Shown here one piece after another: positions 17,565 through 27,353 of a stretch of 64,000 nt of DNA (its first letter is position 1; each line of letters opens with the position of its first letter). The stretch is from an uncultured Acetatifactor sp. Lineage in GTDB: Bacteria; Bacillota; Clostridia; Lachnospirales; Lachnospiraceae. A program made the translations under genes and the position numbers. The notes under the pieces were generated by a model. It ran no database searches. It was not told the origin of the DNA and saw only the letters and a list, made by a program, of their open reading frames with translations. Location: assembly GCA_910585805.1 (NCBI GenBank), contig CAJUFB010000015.1:1793-65792 (forward strand). The letters run 5' to 3'.

Positions 17565-17666
17565 TATACCGCACGCCTGTTGAATTTGCAGTGCAACCCG
17601 ACTGCAGACCGCCAGCCAGGTACTTCTTCTGAGGCATCAATGTAAATCCTGGCGGTCTGCAGTATA
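17565..17666 (-). repeat. MITE/REP-like palindromic element, copy B (inverted orientation)
   Basis: The reverse complement aligns end to end with copies A and C. The central stem is CTGCAGACCGCCAGCCAGG / CCTGGCGGTCTGCAG. Confidence 0.85.
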
Positions 17667-18048
17667 ACTGCTGCGTTCTATTCAGAAAAAAGCCCGTTGG
17701 GCCAATTCAACTGTCTGCTGCTCCGGGGAAAGGTCTTTGGGTTGATATGACCTTTCCGGAGCGGATTCGGAAAATCATTTTTTCATGTAACTGTTCAGAA
17801 AGATCTGTTCCAAAACATTTTCCTGTTTTCATGAGCATCGTTTATTTCGTGATGATCCATAGACTGAGCGTACTTTTGGGAGAGCAACATATCTGCATAG
17901 GATTCGGTTCGGGTTCCATAGTTCTGCTGTCGGACCGGTTTGTTTTTATATCTGATACAAAAAATCTACAGGTTCATAAACATGTCTTGCTTCAGGCAGG
18001 ATCTGCATGATCAAAGATACGATAAAATTCATAAACGAGGAGGTATTT

Positions 18049-19611
18049 ATGTACAGTACGGTTTTATCCGGGGCGCTTCACGGTGTCACGGCATATCTTG
18101 TATCTGTGGAGGTGGACATTGCCAACGGACTTCCGGCCTTTTTGATGGTGGGCTCTCTGAGCACGGAAGTCCGGGAATCCAGGGAGAGGGTGACGGTGGC
18201 CCTGAAAAATGTGGGCCTGAATCTGCCGCCAAAACGTATCACCGTCAACTTATCGCCGGCAGACCGAAGAAAAGAAGGAACTGCTTTTGATCTTCCCATC
18301 GCGGTGGGAGTGCTGGAATCCATGGGCATGATCCCAAAGGGAAGCGCGGAGAGCATTTTGTTTCTGGGAGAGCTGGGGCTGGACGGCGAGCTGAAAAAGG
18401 CAAAGGGGGTATTGCCTGTCGTGCAGGCGGCAGCGGCGGGCGGTATCCGGCAGTGCATTGTCCCGAAGGCGAATGCAAAGGAGGCGGCAGTGGTGCCTGG
18501 GGTGACGGTCCGGGAGGCGGCAAATATCCTGGATATCCTGCACTATCTGATGGCGGGACAGGATGAGCGGCAGGATATTCTCCGGGTGATCTCCGTGGAT
18601 ACAGACAGCCTGTTCAGGGAAGCGGCCCATGGATTTTCCGGAGGCCGCCTCAGGTATGATTTCAGCGAAGTGACAGGACAGGAGAGCGCCAGAAGGGCGG
18701 CGGAGATCGCGGCGGCAGGATTTCACAACCTTCTGATGGTGGGACCGCCGGGGGCGGGGAAATCCATGATCGCAAAGCGGATTCCGGGGATACTGCCGCC
18801 GCTGACTCTGGAGGAAAGCCTGGAGGTGACAGCTGTAGTCAGCGTGGCGGGACTGATGGAGGAAGGGGAAGCCCTGGTGACGGAGCGTCCCTACAGAAGT
18901 CCTCATCATACCATTTCTCAGGCCGCTCTGATCGGGGGAAGCGCCGTTCCCAGACCGGGCGTGATATCCCTTGCCCACAGAGGCGTGCTTTTCCTGGATG
19001 AGCTGCCGGAATTCCAGAGGGCAGCCCTGGATGCGCTGCGCCAGCCCCTGGAAGACAGAAGCGTGAATATCTCACGGATAAACGGCAATGTCACCTATCC
19101 CAGTGATTTCATGCTGGTCTGTGCCATGAATCCCTGTCCCTGCGGCTACTATCCGGATACAAACCGCTGCCGCTGCTCAAGGACACAGGTGGGAAAATAC
19201 ATGGGGAAGATTTCCGGTCCGGTCCTGGACAGGATAGATCTGTGTGTAGAGTTACAGCCCGTGGACTACGCCAGTCTTCAGGCGGGGAAAAAGGGAGAGA
19301 GCAGCGCGGATATCCGTAAGCGGGTGGAGCAGGCCAGGCAGATCCAGAAAGAACGTTTTGCAGGTACCGGATATCGGTTTAACGGAGACATCGAGACGGC
19401 TGCGATGGAGAAATATTGCGGGCTGCAGCCGGAGGAGAAGAAGTGTATGGAGCGGCTTTACCATTCTCTTCAGCTCAGCGCAAGGGCATATCACCGCATC
19501 CTGAGGGTTGCAAGGACCATAGCCGATCTGGACGGCGCGGAGCAGATCGATACCGGCCATCTGATGGAAGCCGCCTTTTACAGACCTTCCCAGGAGTATT
19601 GGGGACATTGA
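18049..19611 (+). CDS. comM: YifB/ComM family Mg-chelatase-like AAA+ ATPase
   Basis: The ORF track opens at 18007. I prefer ATG 18049, which follows GAGGAGG. The N-terminal Lon-like domain begins MYSTVLSGALHGV, followed by Walker A GPPGAGKSM and a C-terminal ChlI-like region. Confidence 0.85.
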   Translation: MYSTVLSGALHGVTAYLVSVEVDIANGLPAFLMVGSLSTEVRESRERVTVALKNVGLNLPPKRITVNLSPADRRKEGTAFDLPIAVGVLESMGMIPKGSAESILFLGELGLDGELKKAKGVLPVVQAAAAGGIRQCIVPKANAKEAAVVPGVTVREAANILDILHYLMAGQDERQDILRVISVDTDSLFREAAHGFSGGRLRYDFSEVTGQESARRAAEIAAAGFHNLLMVGPPGAGKSMIAKRIPGILPPLTLEESLEVTAVVSVAGLMEEGEALVTERPYRSPHHTISQAALIGGSAVPRPGVISLAHRGVLFLDELPEFQRAALDALRQPLEDRSVNISRINGNVTYPSDFMLVCAMNPCPCGYYPDTNRCRCSRTQVGKYMGKISGPVLDRIDLCVELQPVDYASLQAGKKGESSADIRKRVEQARQIQKERFAGTGYRFNGDIETAAMEKYCGLQPEEKKCMERLYHSLQLSARAYHRILRVARTIADLDGAEQIDTGHLMEAAFYRPSQEYWGH

Positions 19612-19790
19612 GTGAATCAGGGATGGAAAGAGACAGGAAACAGTTTAAATAAGATGCGGTTGTAGTAAAATGATATGGTGCCTGTACAGTATGCTGTCGA
19701 AAGCAGGCGCGGATTCCTGCTGTCGAAGGCGGCGCGAAGGGAAGCGTCTTACAGCTTTTGTTACGGGCAGGAGCGGACGAGGAGACGGAT

Positions 19791-20981
19791 ATGGATCAGG
19801 AAAAATGGAAGGAAAGAGAAAAAATGTATGCCTGCTGGCTGTGCAATTTCCCCAACATTGGAAATGCGCAGCTCCACAGGCTCACGGAAAGCTGCGGGGG
19901 AGCGGAGGGCGCCTACCATGCCGGTAAGGAACAGTGGGGGCGGATACTCACGCCCGGTCAGGTGGAAGCCCTGAGTGAGTACACGGGGAAATGGCCTCCG
20001 GAAGCAAAATACCGGGAAATGCGGGAAGAAGGGATCGAACTGTTGACGATCCGGGATCAGGATTACCCGGAACGGCTGAGGAACATACCGGATGCCCCAT
20101 ACTGCCTGTTTGTCCGGGGGAGGCTGCCTGCGGAAGACAGCCTTGCTGTGGCAGTCATCGGAGCCAGGGAATGCTCGGAATACGGTAGATATGTGGCCAG
20201 GGAACTGGGGACTGTACTGGGGAGGCATGGTGTGACAGTGGTCAGCGGCATGGCAAAAGGCATAGACGGCATCAGCCAGGAGGCTGCTCTGGAAGGAGGA
20301 GGGACCTCGTTGGGCGTCCTGGGCTCTGGCGTGGATATCTGCTATCCCGCCCGGAACAGGGGACTTTACAGGCGTCTGACAGAGGGCGGGGCGGTGCTGT
20401 CCACCTATCCGCTGGGCACACCTGCCCTTCCCCGGAATTTCCCGCCCAGAAACCGGATTGTCAGCGGATTGGCCGATGCGGTGGTGGTGATAGAGGCAAG
20501 GGTCCGAAGCGGTACCCTGATTACAGTGGATATGGCTCTGGAACAGGGGAGGGAGGTGTATGTGGTGCCGGGACGGCTGACGGACAGGCTCAGCGACGGC
20601 TGTAACCGTCTGATAAAACAGGGGGCGGAGGTGTGTCTGAGTCCGGAGAGTTTTTACCAGGAGATCCTGCAGCTGAGGGAGAATAAAAAAGAAAGCAGGA
20701 TAAAGCCCAAAAGAAAGAAAACGCAGGCGGAGGAGCCGCGCCTGGCAGAGAGCGCGGAAAGGCCGGAGGATGATCGGGTAATGGGGCTGCCCGAAGAACT
20801 TCAGACGGTTTACCGTGCAATTGATTTTTACCCGAAGACGGCGGAGGAGATCGGTATGGCGCTGCCGGAACCGTACCGGGGACAGATGATCCCATACCTG
20901 ATGCGGCTTTGTATGGAAGAGCTGATCATTCAGGTCAGCCCGGGACATTTCTGCCGCAGGGGAGAGAGGCCAGGTTCCTGA
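19791..20981 (+). CDS. dprA: DNA-processing protein DprA (Smf)
   Basis: The segment GMAKGIDGISQEAAL...GVLGSGVDICYP..N..L...GAVLS.YPLGT....NFP.RNRIVSGL...VVIEA...SGTLIT is the DprA Rossmann core. I prefer ATG 19791 (GAGGAG lies 6 nt upstream) over the ORF-track start at 19758. Confidence 0.85.
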   Translation: MDQEKWKEREKMYACWLCNFPNIGNAQLHRLTESCGGAEGAYHAGKEQWGRILTPGQVEALSEYTGKWPPEAKYREMREEGIELLTIRDQDYPERLRNIPDAPYCLFVRGRLPAEDSLAVAVIGARECSEYGRYVARELGTVLGRHGVTVVSGMAKGIDGISQEAALEGGGTSLGVLGSGVDICYPARNRGLYRRLTEGGAVLSTYPLGTPALPRNFPPRNRIVSGLADAVVVIEARVRSGTLITVDMALEQGREVYVVPGRLTDRLSDGCNRLIKQGAEVCLSPESFYQEILQLRENKKESRIKPKRKKTQAEEPRLAESAERPEDDRVMGLPEELQTVYRAIDFYPKTAEEIGMALPEPYRGQMIPYLMRLCMEELIIQVSPGHFCRRGERPGS

Positions 20982-21297
20982 GGATCATCATATCCGGGCC
21001 GCGGCGGGCATTCTGTTGCTGTGAATCTGCGGCGCAACTCATATTTTGACTGAAAAGAAACGGAATTTTATTTTGTGCTGACACAGGCTTCCTGGCTGTG
21101 CTATACTTGTATGCATGAAGATCAGAATGCCGGATCCTGAGTGTGGTTTGACAGACTGCGGGCCGGGCCATATCCGGCAGTCCTGGCGGTACATGGTGCG
21201 CGGATGCCGGACGCAGAGAAAATCACGGCTGATCTGGCAGCTGCCCGTACGGTGGGGAAAGTGGTCCGGAGCCGGCAGAAATTCAGAGAGGTATACA

Positions 21298-22350
21298 ATG
21301 CACAGAGAGAATACGAAAATAATACGGATCGGGGACAGAAAGATCGGCGGAGGCAATCCCGTCCTGATCCAGTCCATGACAAACACAAAGACCCAGGATG
21401 TGGCGGCCACGGTGGCGCAGATACTGGAACTGGAGCGCGCAGGCTGTGAGATCATCCGCTGCACTGTGCCGGATATGGAGGCGGCAGCGGCGCTTTCGGA
21501 GATAAAGAAGCAGATCCATATCCCGCTGGTTGCGGACATCCATTTTGACTACAGGATGGCAATCGCCGCCATGGAGCACGGGGCCGATAAGATACGCATC
21601 AATCCCGGCAATATCGGCGGGCCTGATAAGGTAAAGGCGGTGGCGGAGGTGGCTGCAGAGAGGGGCATTCCCATTCGTGTGGGGGTCAACGGCGGTTCCC
21701 TGGAAAAGCGTCTGATAGAAAAGTACGGCGGCGTGACTGCGGAAGGCATCGTGGAGAGCGCGTTGGATAAAGTGCACATGATGGAAGAAGCGGGTTTTTT
21801 CAATCTGGTTATCAGCATAAAATCTTCCGATGTGCTCATGTGTGTGAAGGCCCATGAACTGCTGGCAGAGAGGACGGCATATCCCCTTCATGTGGGGATT
21901 ACGGAAGCCGGTACGGTACAGAGCGGGAATATCAAATCCGCCATTGGCCTGGGGCTGATTCTGAACCAGGGGATCGGCGATACTCTCCGGGTATCCCTCA
22001 CCGGGAACCCGGTGGAGGAAATCAAGTCGGCAAAGCTGATCCTGCGCACTCTGGGGCTGCGCAGAGGCGGTATCGAGGTAGTGTCCTGTCCTACCTGCGG
22101 CCGGACCAGGATTGACCTGATCGGGCTGGCAGAGAAGGTGGAAAAAATGGTTGAAGATTATCCCCTGGATATTAAGGTGGCCGTGATGGGCTGCGCGGTG
22201 AACGGGCCGGGAGAAGCCAGGGAAGCGGAACTGGGCATAGCCGGCGGCCAGGGAGAGGGACTTTTGTTTAAAAAAGGAGAAATCCTCCGCAAGGTGCCGG
22301 AGGAGCAGCTGTTGGATGCGTTAAAGAAAGAGTTGGAACACTGGAAATGA
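21298..22350 (+). CDS. ispG: 4-hydroxy-3-methylbut-2-en-1-yl diphosphate synthase (flavodoxin)
   Basis: The segment IRIGDRKIGGGNPVLIQSMTNT...IRINPGNIG...VSCPTCGRT...MGCAVNGPGEA matches IspG. The in-frame upstream extension to 21115 is rich in R, W and C and does not look coding. Confidence 0.9.
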   Translation: MHRENTKIIRIGDRKIGGGNPVLIQSMTNTKTQDVAATVAQILELERAGCEIIRCTVPDMEAAAALSEIKKQIHIPLVADIHFDYRMAIAAMEHGADKIRINPGNIGGPDKVKAVAEVAAERGIPIRVGVNGGSLEKRLIEKYGGVTAEGIVESALDKVHMMEEAGFFNLVISIKSSDVLMCVKAHELLAERTAYPLHVGITEAGTVQSGNIKSAIGLGLILNQGIGDTLRVSLTGNPVEEIKSAKLILRTLGLRRGGIEVVSCPTCGRTRIDLIGLAEKVEKMVEDYPLDIKVAVMGCAVNGPGEAREAELGIAGGQGEGLLFKKGEILRKVPEEQLLDALKKELEHWK

Positions 22351-25300
22351 TGATGAAGGCAAAATCGTTTTTTGAAGTATTTCCCACATTGGACATAAAA
22401 GGAACCCTCCATGACAAGCTGGAACAGACACAGGTGGAGAGGGTGGCTGCCACAAAGCAGAGGGACAGGCTTACAGTCTATCTGTACAGCACCAGGCTGA
22501 TCGTGAAAGAAGATATCTGGGCTGCGGAGAAGGAGATCAAAACGCAGCTGTTTCCCCATGCGGCGATGACGGTGAGGATCCGGGAACGGTTTGAACTTTC
22601 TTCGCAATATACGCCGGAAAATCTGATGGAAGCCTACAGGGAGAGCATCCTCGCAGAACTTTTGAATTACAGTCATGTGGAGTACAATGCCTTTCGCACG
22701 GCGGAGATTTCCTATCCGGAGGCCGGCGGGGTGGAACTTACTCTGGAGGATACCATACCCAACAGAGGGAAGGAAGCGGAACTGGTCCGGGTACTGGAGA
22801 AGATCCTGGTGGAACGCTGCGGTCTGAATACGGGGGTGACGGTTGTCTATCGGGAGGCCGGTCCCCGCAAGTATACCGGAGATGATGAACTGAAGATTCA
22901 GATGCGGGTGAACGAGATCTGCCTGCGGGCCAGGCTGGATACCGTATATGCGGAGAGCGGGAGCGGAAATGGCGGTGTCCGGGACAAGGGGAAAGCAGCG
23001 TCCGGAGCGTTGCAGGATAGTGGGGAAAACGGCCGCGGCGCAGGATACGGCGGCTCTCAGCGCGGCGCCGGGGCAGCGCAGCCCGGCAGGAATGCCGCAG
23101 GCGACAGGAACCAGGGAATGGCATCCGGTGCAGGCAATGACTGGAACAACGGAGTGCCGGTTGGAGGAAACGGCCGGAATGACGGAAATGTTCCGGGGGC
23201 GGGCCAGGCTTTGGGCAGAAGCGGCGCGTCCGGTGGAAATACATCTCAGGGAGGTACGACACGCCAGGGAGGAGAGAGCGGTTTCGGCCGTTCCGGAGGC
23301 TTCCAGCGCAAGGGGGATTTCAAGCGCGGCGAATTTCGGAGAAACGGCGATTACGGCCGTACCCTGAAGCAGTCCGATGACCCGGATGTCCTGTACGGAA
23401 GGGATTTCGAGGAGGAAGCCATTCCCATCGAGGATATCATCGGTGAGATGGGCGAGGTGACCATCCGCGGGAAGGTTTTGAAGACAGACAGCAGGCAGAT
23501 CAGAAATGAACGGACTATCGTAATGTTTGACGTGACGGATTTTACCGATACTATGACGGTGAAGCTGTTTACGAAAAATGAGTTCGTGAAAGAACTGCTG
23601 GGCGGCCTGAAACCCGGTACCTTTGTAAAGATCAAGGGTGTGGCCACACTGGATAAATTCGATCATGAACTGACCATCGGTTCCCTTACCGGAATCCGGA
23701 AGATTCAGGATTTTACCACCGTGCGTGTGGACAGGGCGCTGCACAAACGCGTGGAGCTGCATTGTCATACGAAGATGAGCGACTTTGACGGGGTGTCCGA
23801 GGCCAGGGATATCGTAAAGCGGGCTTACAAATGGGACCATCGCGCCATCGCCATCACGGATCACGGTGTAGTACAGGGATTTACGGATGCCTTTCATGTA
23901 TGGCAGGACCTGTGGAAGGCGGAGAAGGACAGATGCAGGGAAGCGGGAGAGACACCGGACCGCCAGGAATTTTTTAAGATCATCTACGGAGTAGAGGCCT
24001 ACCTGGTGGACGACCTGAAAGAAATCGTCACCGGGAATAAAGGACAGAGCCTGGACGGCGACTATGTGGTGTTTGACATTGAGACCACAGGCTTTTCGCC
24101 GGTGAATAACCGCATCATAGAGATCGGCGCGGTGAAGGTCAGCGGCGGAAAGGTGACGGATCGTTTTTCCGCTTTTGTCAATCCCCAGGTGCCTGTTCCC
24201 TTTGAGATAGAAAAACTCACCGGTATCCGGGATGATATGGTGATGGATGCCCCGCTGATAGACGAGGTGCTGCCCCGGTTTCTGGAATTCTGTGGAGGCT
24301 GTGTTCTGGTTGCCCACAATGCGGGCTTTGACATGAGTTTTATCCTGGAAAATGCAAGGAGACAGGGGATTCCGTTTACGGTATATACAGGGGCGGCTGA
24401 GAATGCGGATAAAGACGGCAATACAGCAAAAAGCAGCTCGGAAAAGGTGAAATCTGTTTCCGGTGAAAACGCAGCTGAGGCCGGAGACGGTACTGTAGCG
24501 GAAGCAATGGGGGAAGGAGAAAACGATCCTGACGCAGCCGCCTTTATTGAGAAGACAGAATGTACTTACGTGGATACGGTTGGTATTTCCAGGGTGCTTC
24601 TTCCGGATCAGGCAAAGCACACGTTGGATGCCGTGGCGAAGAAGCTGAATATTTCTCTGGAGAATCATCACCGGGCGGTGGATGATGCGGAATGCACGGC
24701 GTGGATCTTCCTGAAACTGATTCAGATGCTGAAGGAACGGGAGATTTACGATCTGACACAGCTTAATGCCCTGGGAGCCGCCAGCGCGGACCTGGTGAAG
24801 AAGCTGCCCACTTACCATGCCATCATTCTGGCGAAAAACGATCTGGGGCGTATCAATCTGTACAAGCTGGTGACGGAATCCCACCTGACCTATTACGCCG
24901 GCAGACATCCAAGGATTCCCAAGAGCCTGGTGATGAAGTACAGAGACGGGCTGATTCTGGGCAGCGCCTGTGAGGCGGGAGAGCTGTACCGGGCCATTCT
25001 GGACGAACAGAGCGAGATGCAGATCGCCAGGATCGTGAATTTTTACGATTATCTGGAGATTCAGCCCTCCGGAAACAACAAGTTCATGATTGCTTCGGAG
25101 AGGATCCGCAGTGTTCAGTCCATGGAGGATATACTGAATATCAACCGCCGCATTGTAAAGCTGGGAGAGGAATTTCATAAGCCTGTGGTGGGAACCTGCG
25201 ACGTGCATTTCCTGGACCCGGAGGATGAGGTTTACAGGCGCATCATCATGGCGGGACGGGGGTTTGAGGATGCGGATGACCAGGCGCCGCTGTTTTTGCA

Positions 25301-27353
25301 TACCACAGATGAAATGCTGGAGGAATTCGACTACCTGGGAAGCGATAAGGCATTCGAGATTGTGGTGACAAACACCAATAAGATCGCGGATATGATCGAA
25401 TCCATTGACCCTGTACGGCCGGACAAATGTGCCCCGGTCATCGAGGACAGCGACAAGACGCTGACCAAGATCTGCTATGACAAGGCACATGAGATCTACG
25501 GGCCCAACCTTCCCCGGATCGTGGAAAAACGTCTTGAAAAGGAACTCCATTCCATTATCACAAACGGTTTTGCGGTTATGTACATCATAGCCCAGAAGCT
25601 GGTGTGGAAGTCGGTGGAGGACGGCTATCTGGTGGGATCCAGAGGGAGCGTGGGAAGCTCCTTTGTGGCCACCATGGCGGGCATTACGGAGATCAATCCC
25701 TTAAGTCCTCACTATTACTGCAGCCAATGCCATTATGTGGATTTTGAGAGCGAGGACGTGAAGACTTATGCCGGTAAGGCGGGAGTGGATATGCCGGATA
25801 AGGTATGCCCTGACTGCGGGGCGCCGCTGCACAAGGACGGATTTGACATACCCTTCGAGACCTTCCTGGGCTTCAAGGGGGACAAGGAGCCTGATATCGA
25901 CCTGAACTTTTCGGGCGAGTATCAGTCCAAGGCTCATAAATATACGGAGGTGATCTTCGGCGCCGGGCAGACCTACCGGGCGGGAACCATTGCCACCCTG
26001 GCGGACAAGACTGCCTTTGGTTATGTGAAAAATTATTTCGAGGAAAGGGGAAAGCACAGGCGCAAAAGCGAGATGGAGCGGCTTGCCATGGGAGTTGCAG
26101 GCGTACGGCGCAGTACCGGGCAGCATCCCGGCGGCATCGTGGTACTGCCCTTTGGGCAGAATATCAATTCCTTCACCCCGGTGCAGCATCCCGCCAACGA
26201 TATGGAGACGGATATCGTGACCACTCATTTCGATTACCATTCCATTGACCATAACCTGCTGAAGCTGGACATTCTCGGGCACGATGATCCCACCATGATC
26301 CGTATGCTGCAGGATCTGACAGGTGTGGACCCTTTGACCATTCCGCTGGACGGGAAAGATGTCATGTCCCTGTTTCAGAATACGGATGCACTGGGGATCA
26401 CACCTGATCAGATCGGCGGCACAAGACTGGGCATTCTGGGGATTCCCGAGTTTGGCACAGATTTTGCCATGCAGATGGTGATAGATGCCCAGCCCAGGGC
26501 CTTTTCGGACCTGGTGCGTATCTCGGGGCTTTCCCACGGTACGGATGTGTGGCTGGGCAATGCCAAGGACCTGATCATGAGCGGCACCGCCACCATTTCC
26601 ACCGCCATCTGCACCCGTGATGATATCATGACGTATCTGATCCAGATGGGAGTGGAATCCAGCCTGGCTTTTACCATTATGGAAAGTGTCAGGAAGGGGA
26701 AAGGGCTGAAGGAGGACTGGATCACTGCCATGAAGGAGAATAATGTCCCCGACTGGTACATTGATTCCTGTAAGAAGATAAAATACATGTTCCCCAAGGC
26801 CCATGCCGCTGCCTATGTCATGATGGCCTGGCGGATCGCCTACTGTAAAGTGAATTACCCACTGGCGTATTACGGAGCTTTTTTCAGCATACGCGCAAAG
26901 GCCTTTTCCTATGAGCTGATGTGTCAGGGCAGGGCTCGCCTGGAGGCTGCCATGGCCGATTATAAGCGGCGCATGGATGCTGCAGCGGACAAGGAGGCAG
27001 GGGCGGTGCCTCTTACCAACAGGGAGGAAGCGGCTTACGGAGATATGAGAGTGGTGCAGGAGATGTATGCGAGAGGGTACGAGTTTGCTCCTATTGATAT
27101 CTTTACCGCCCAGTCCCGCTCCTTCCAGATTGTGGGGGATAAGCTGATGCCCTCCTTAAACAGCATAGAAGGTCTGGGGGACAAGGCTGCGGACGCCATT
27201 GTGGAGGCGGTGAAGGACGGTCCGTTTATGTCCAGGGATGATTTCCGGGAGCGCACCAGGGTGTCCAAGACCATGGTGGATCTGATGGCATCCCTGAATC
27301 TGCTGGGAGATTTGCCGGAGTCCAACCAGCTGAGCCTGTTTGATTTTCAGTGA
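22347..27353 (+). CDS. polC: PolC-type DNA polymerase III alpha subunit (1668 aa, with two lineage-specific insertions)
   Basis: OB-fold region, PHP motif VELHCHTKMS, exonuclease motifs YVVFDIETTG / VAHNAGFDMSF / HHRAVDDA, a zinc-finger CSQC...CPDCG, and polymerase core motifs. Confidence 0.95.
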   Translation: MMMKAKSFFEVFPTLDIKGTLHDKLEQTQVERVAATKQRDRLTVYLYSTRLIVKEDIWAAEKEIKTQLFPHAAMTVRIRERFELSSQYTPENLMEAYRESILAELLNYSHVEYNAFRTAEISYPEAGGVELTLEDTIPNRGKEAELVRVLEKILVERCGLNTGVTVVYREAGPRKYTGDDELKIQMRVNEICLRARLDTVYAESGSGNGGVRDKGKAASGALQDSGENGRGAGYGGSQRGAGAAQPGRNAAGDRNQGMASGAGNDWNNGVPVGGNGRNDGNVPGAGQALGRSGASGGNTSQGGTTRQGGESGFGRSGGFQRKGDFKRGEFRRNGDYGRTLKQSDDPDVLYGRDFEEEAIPIEDIIGEMGEVTIRGKVLKTDSRQIRNERTIVMFDVTDFTDTMTVKLFTKNEFVKELLGGLKPGTFVKIKGVATLDKFDHELTIGSLTGIRKIQDFTTVRVDRALHKRVELHCHTKMSDFDGVSEARDIVKRAYKWDHRAIAITDHGVVQGFTDAFHVWQDLWKAEKDRCREAGETPDRQEFFKIIYGVEAYLVDDLKEIVTGNKGQSLDGDYVVFDIETTGFSPVNNRIIEIGAVKVSGGKVTDRFSAFVNPQVPVPFEIEKLTGIRDDMVMDAPLIDEVLPRFLEFCGGCVLVAHNAGFDMSFILENARRQGIPFTVYTGAAENADKDGNTAKSSSEKVKSVSGENAAEAGDGTVAEAMGEGENDPDAAAFIEKTECTYVDTVGISRVLLPDQAKHTLDAVAKKLNISLENHHRAVDDAECTAWIFLKLIQMLKEREIYDLTQLNALGAASADLVKKLPTYHAIILAKNDLGRINLYKLVTESHLTYYAGRHPRIPKSLVMKYRDGLILGSACEAGELYRAILDEQSEMQIARIVNFYDYLEIQPSGNNKFMIASERIRSVQSMEDILNINRRIVKLGEEFHKPVVGTCDVHFLDPEDEVYRRIIMAGRGFEDADDQAPLFLHTTDEMLEEFDYLGSDKAFEIVVTNTNKIADMIESIDPVRPDKCAPVIEDSDKTLTKICYDKAHEIYGPNLPRIVEKRLEKELHSIITNGFAVMYIIAQKLVWKSVEDGYLVGSRGSVGSSFVATMAGITEINPLSPHYYCSQCHYVDFESEDVKTYAGKAGVDMPDKVCPDCGAPLHKDGFDIPFETFLGFKGDKEPDIDLNFSGEYQSKAHKYTEVIFGAGQTYRAGTIATLADKTAFGYVKNYFEERGKHRRKSEMERLAMGVAGVRRSTGQHPGGIVVLPFGQNINSFTPVQHPANDMETDIVTTHFDYHSIDHNLLKLDILGHDDPTMIRMLQDLTGVDPLTIPLDGKDVMSLFQNTDALGITPDQIGGTRLGILGIPEFGTDFAMQMVIDAQPRAFSDLVRISGLSHGTDVWLGNAKDLIMSGTATISTAICTRDDIMTYLIQMGVESSLAFTIMESVRKGKGLKEDWITAMKENNVPDWYIDSCKKIKYMFPKAHAAAYVMMAWRIAYCKVNYPLAYYGAFFSIRAKAFSYELMCQGRARLEAAMADYKRRMDAAADKEAGAVPLTNREEAAYGDMRVVQEMYARGYEFAPIDIFTAQSRSFQIVGDKLMPSLNSIEGLGDKAADAIVEAVKDGPFMSRDDFRERTRVSKTMVDLMASLNLLGDLPESNQLSLFDFQ

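Noticed and set aside
17747-18010. An 87-aa + strand ORF upstream of comM.
   Set aside because: It has no RBS. Its start lies inside a strong hairpin, and its composition is atypical. The region is treated as non-coding or decayed in the findings.
21115-21297. N-terminal extensions offered by the ORF track: ispG from 21115, the PilT-like gene from 16277, comM from 18007, topA from 27995, codY from 30271, flgC from 32162 and fliJ from 38104.
   Set aside because: The extensions lack RBSs and have non-protein-like composition. Each internal start is preceded by a good Shine-Dalgarno sequence and coincides with the conserved family N-terminus.
22158-25550. A 1130-aa ORF antisense to polC. It is the longest non-annotated ORF in the window.
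   Set aside because: - Its codons are in exact reverse-complement register with the polC codons, since (25550-22347) mod 3 = 2.
- Antisense stops can therefore only arise from sense TTA, CTA or TCA codons, which this genome evidently avoids.
- The translation is low-complexity and rich in R, H, L and P, and there is no RBS.
- It is a codon-usage artefact, not a gene.
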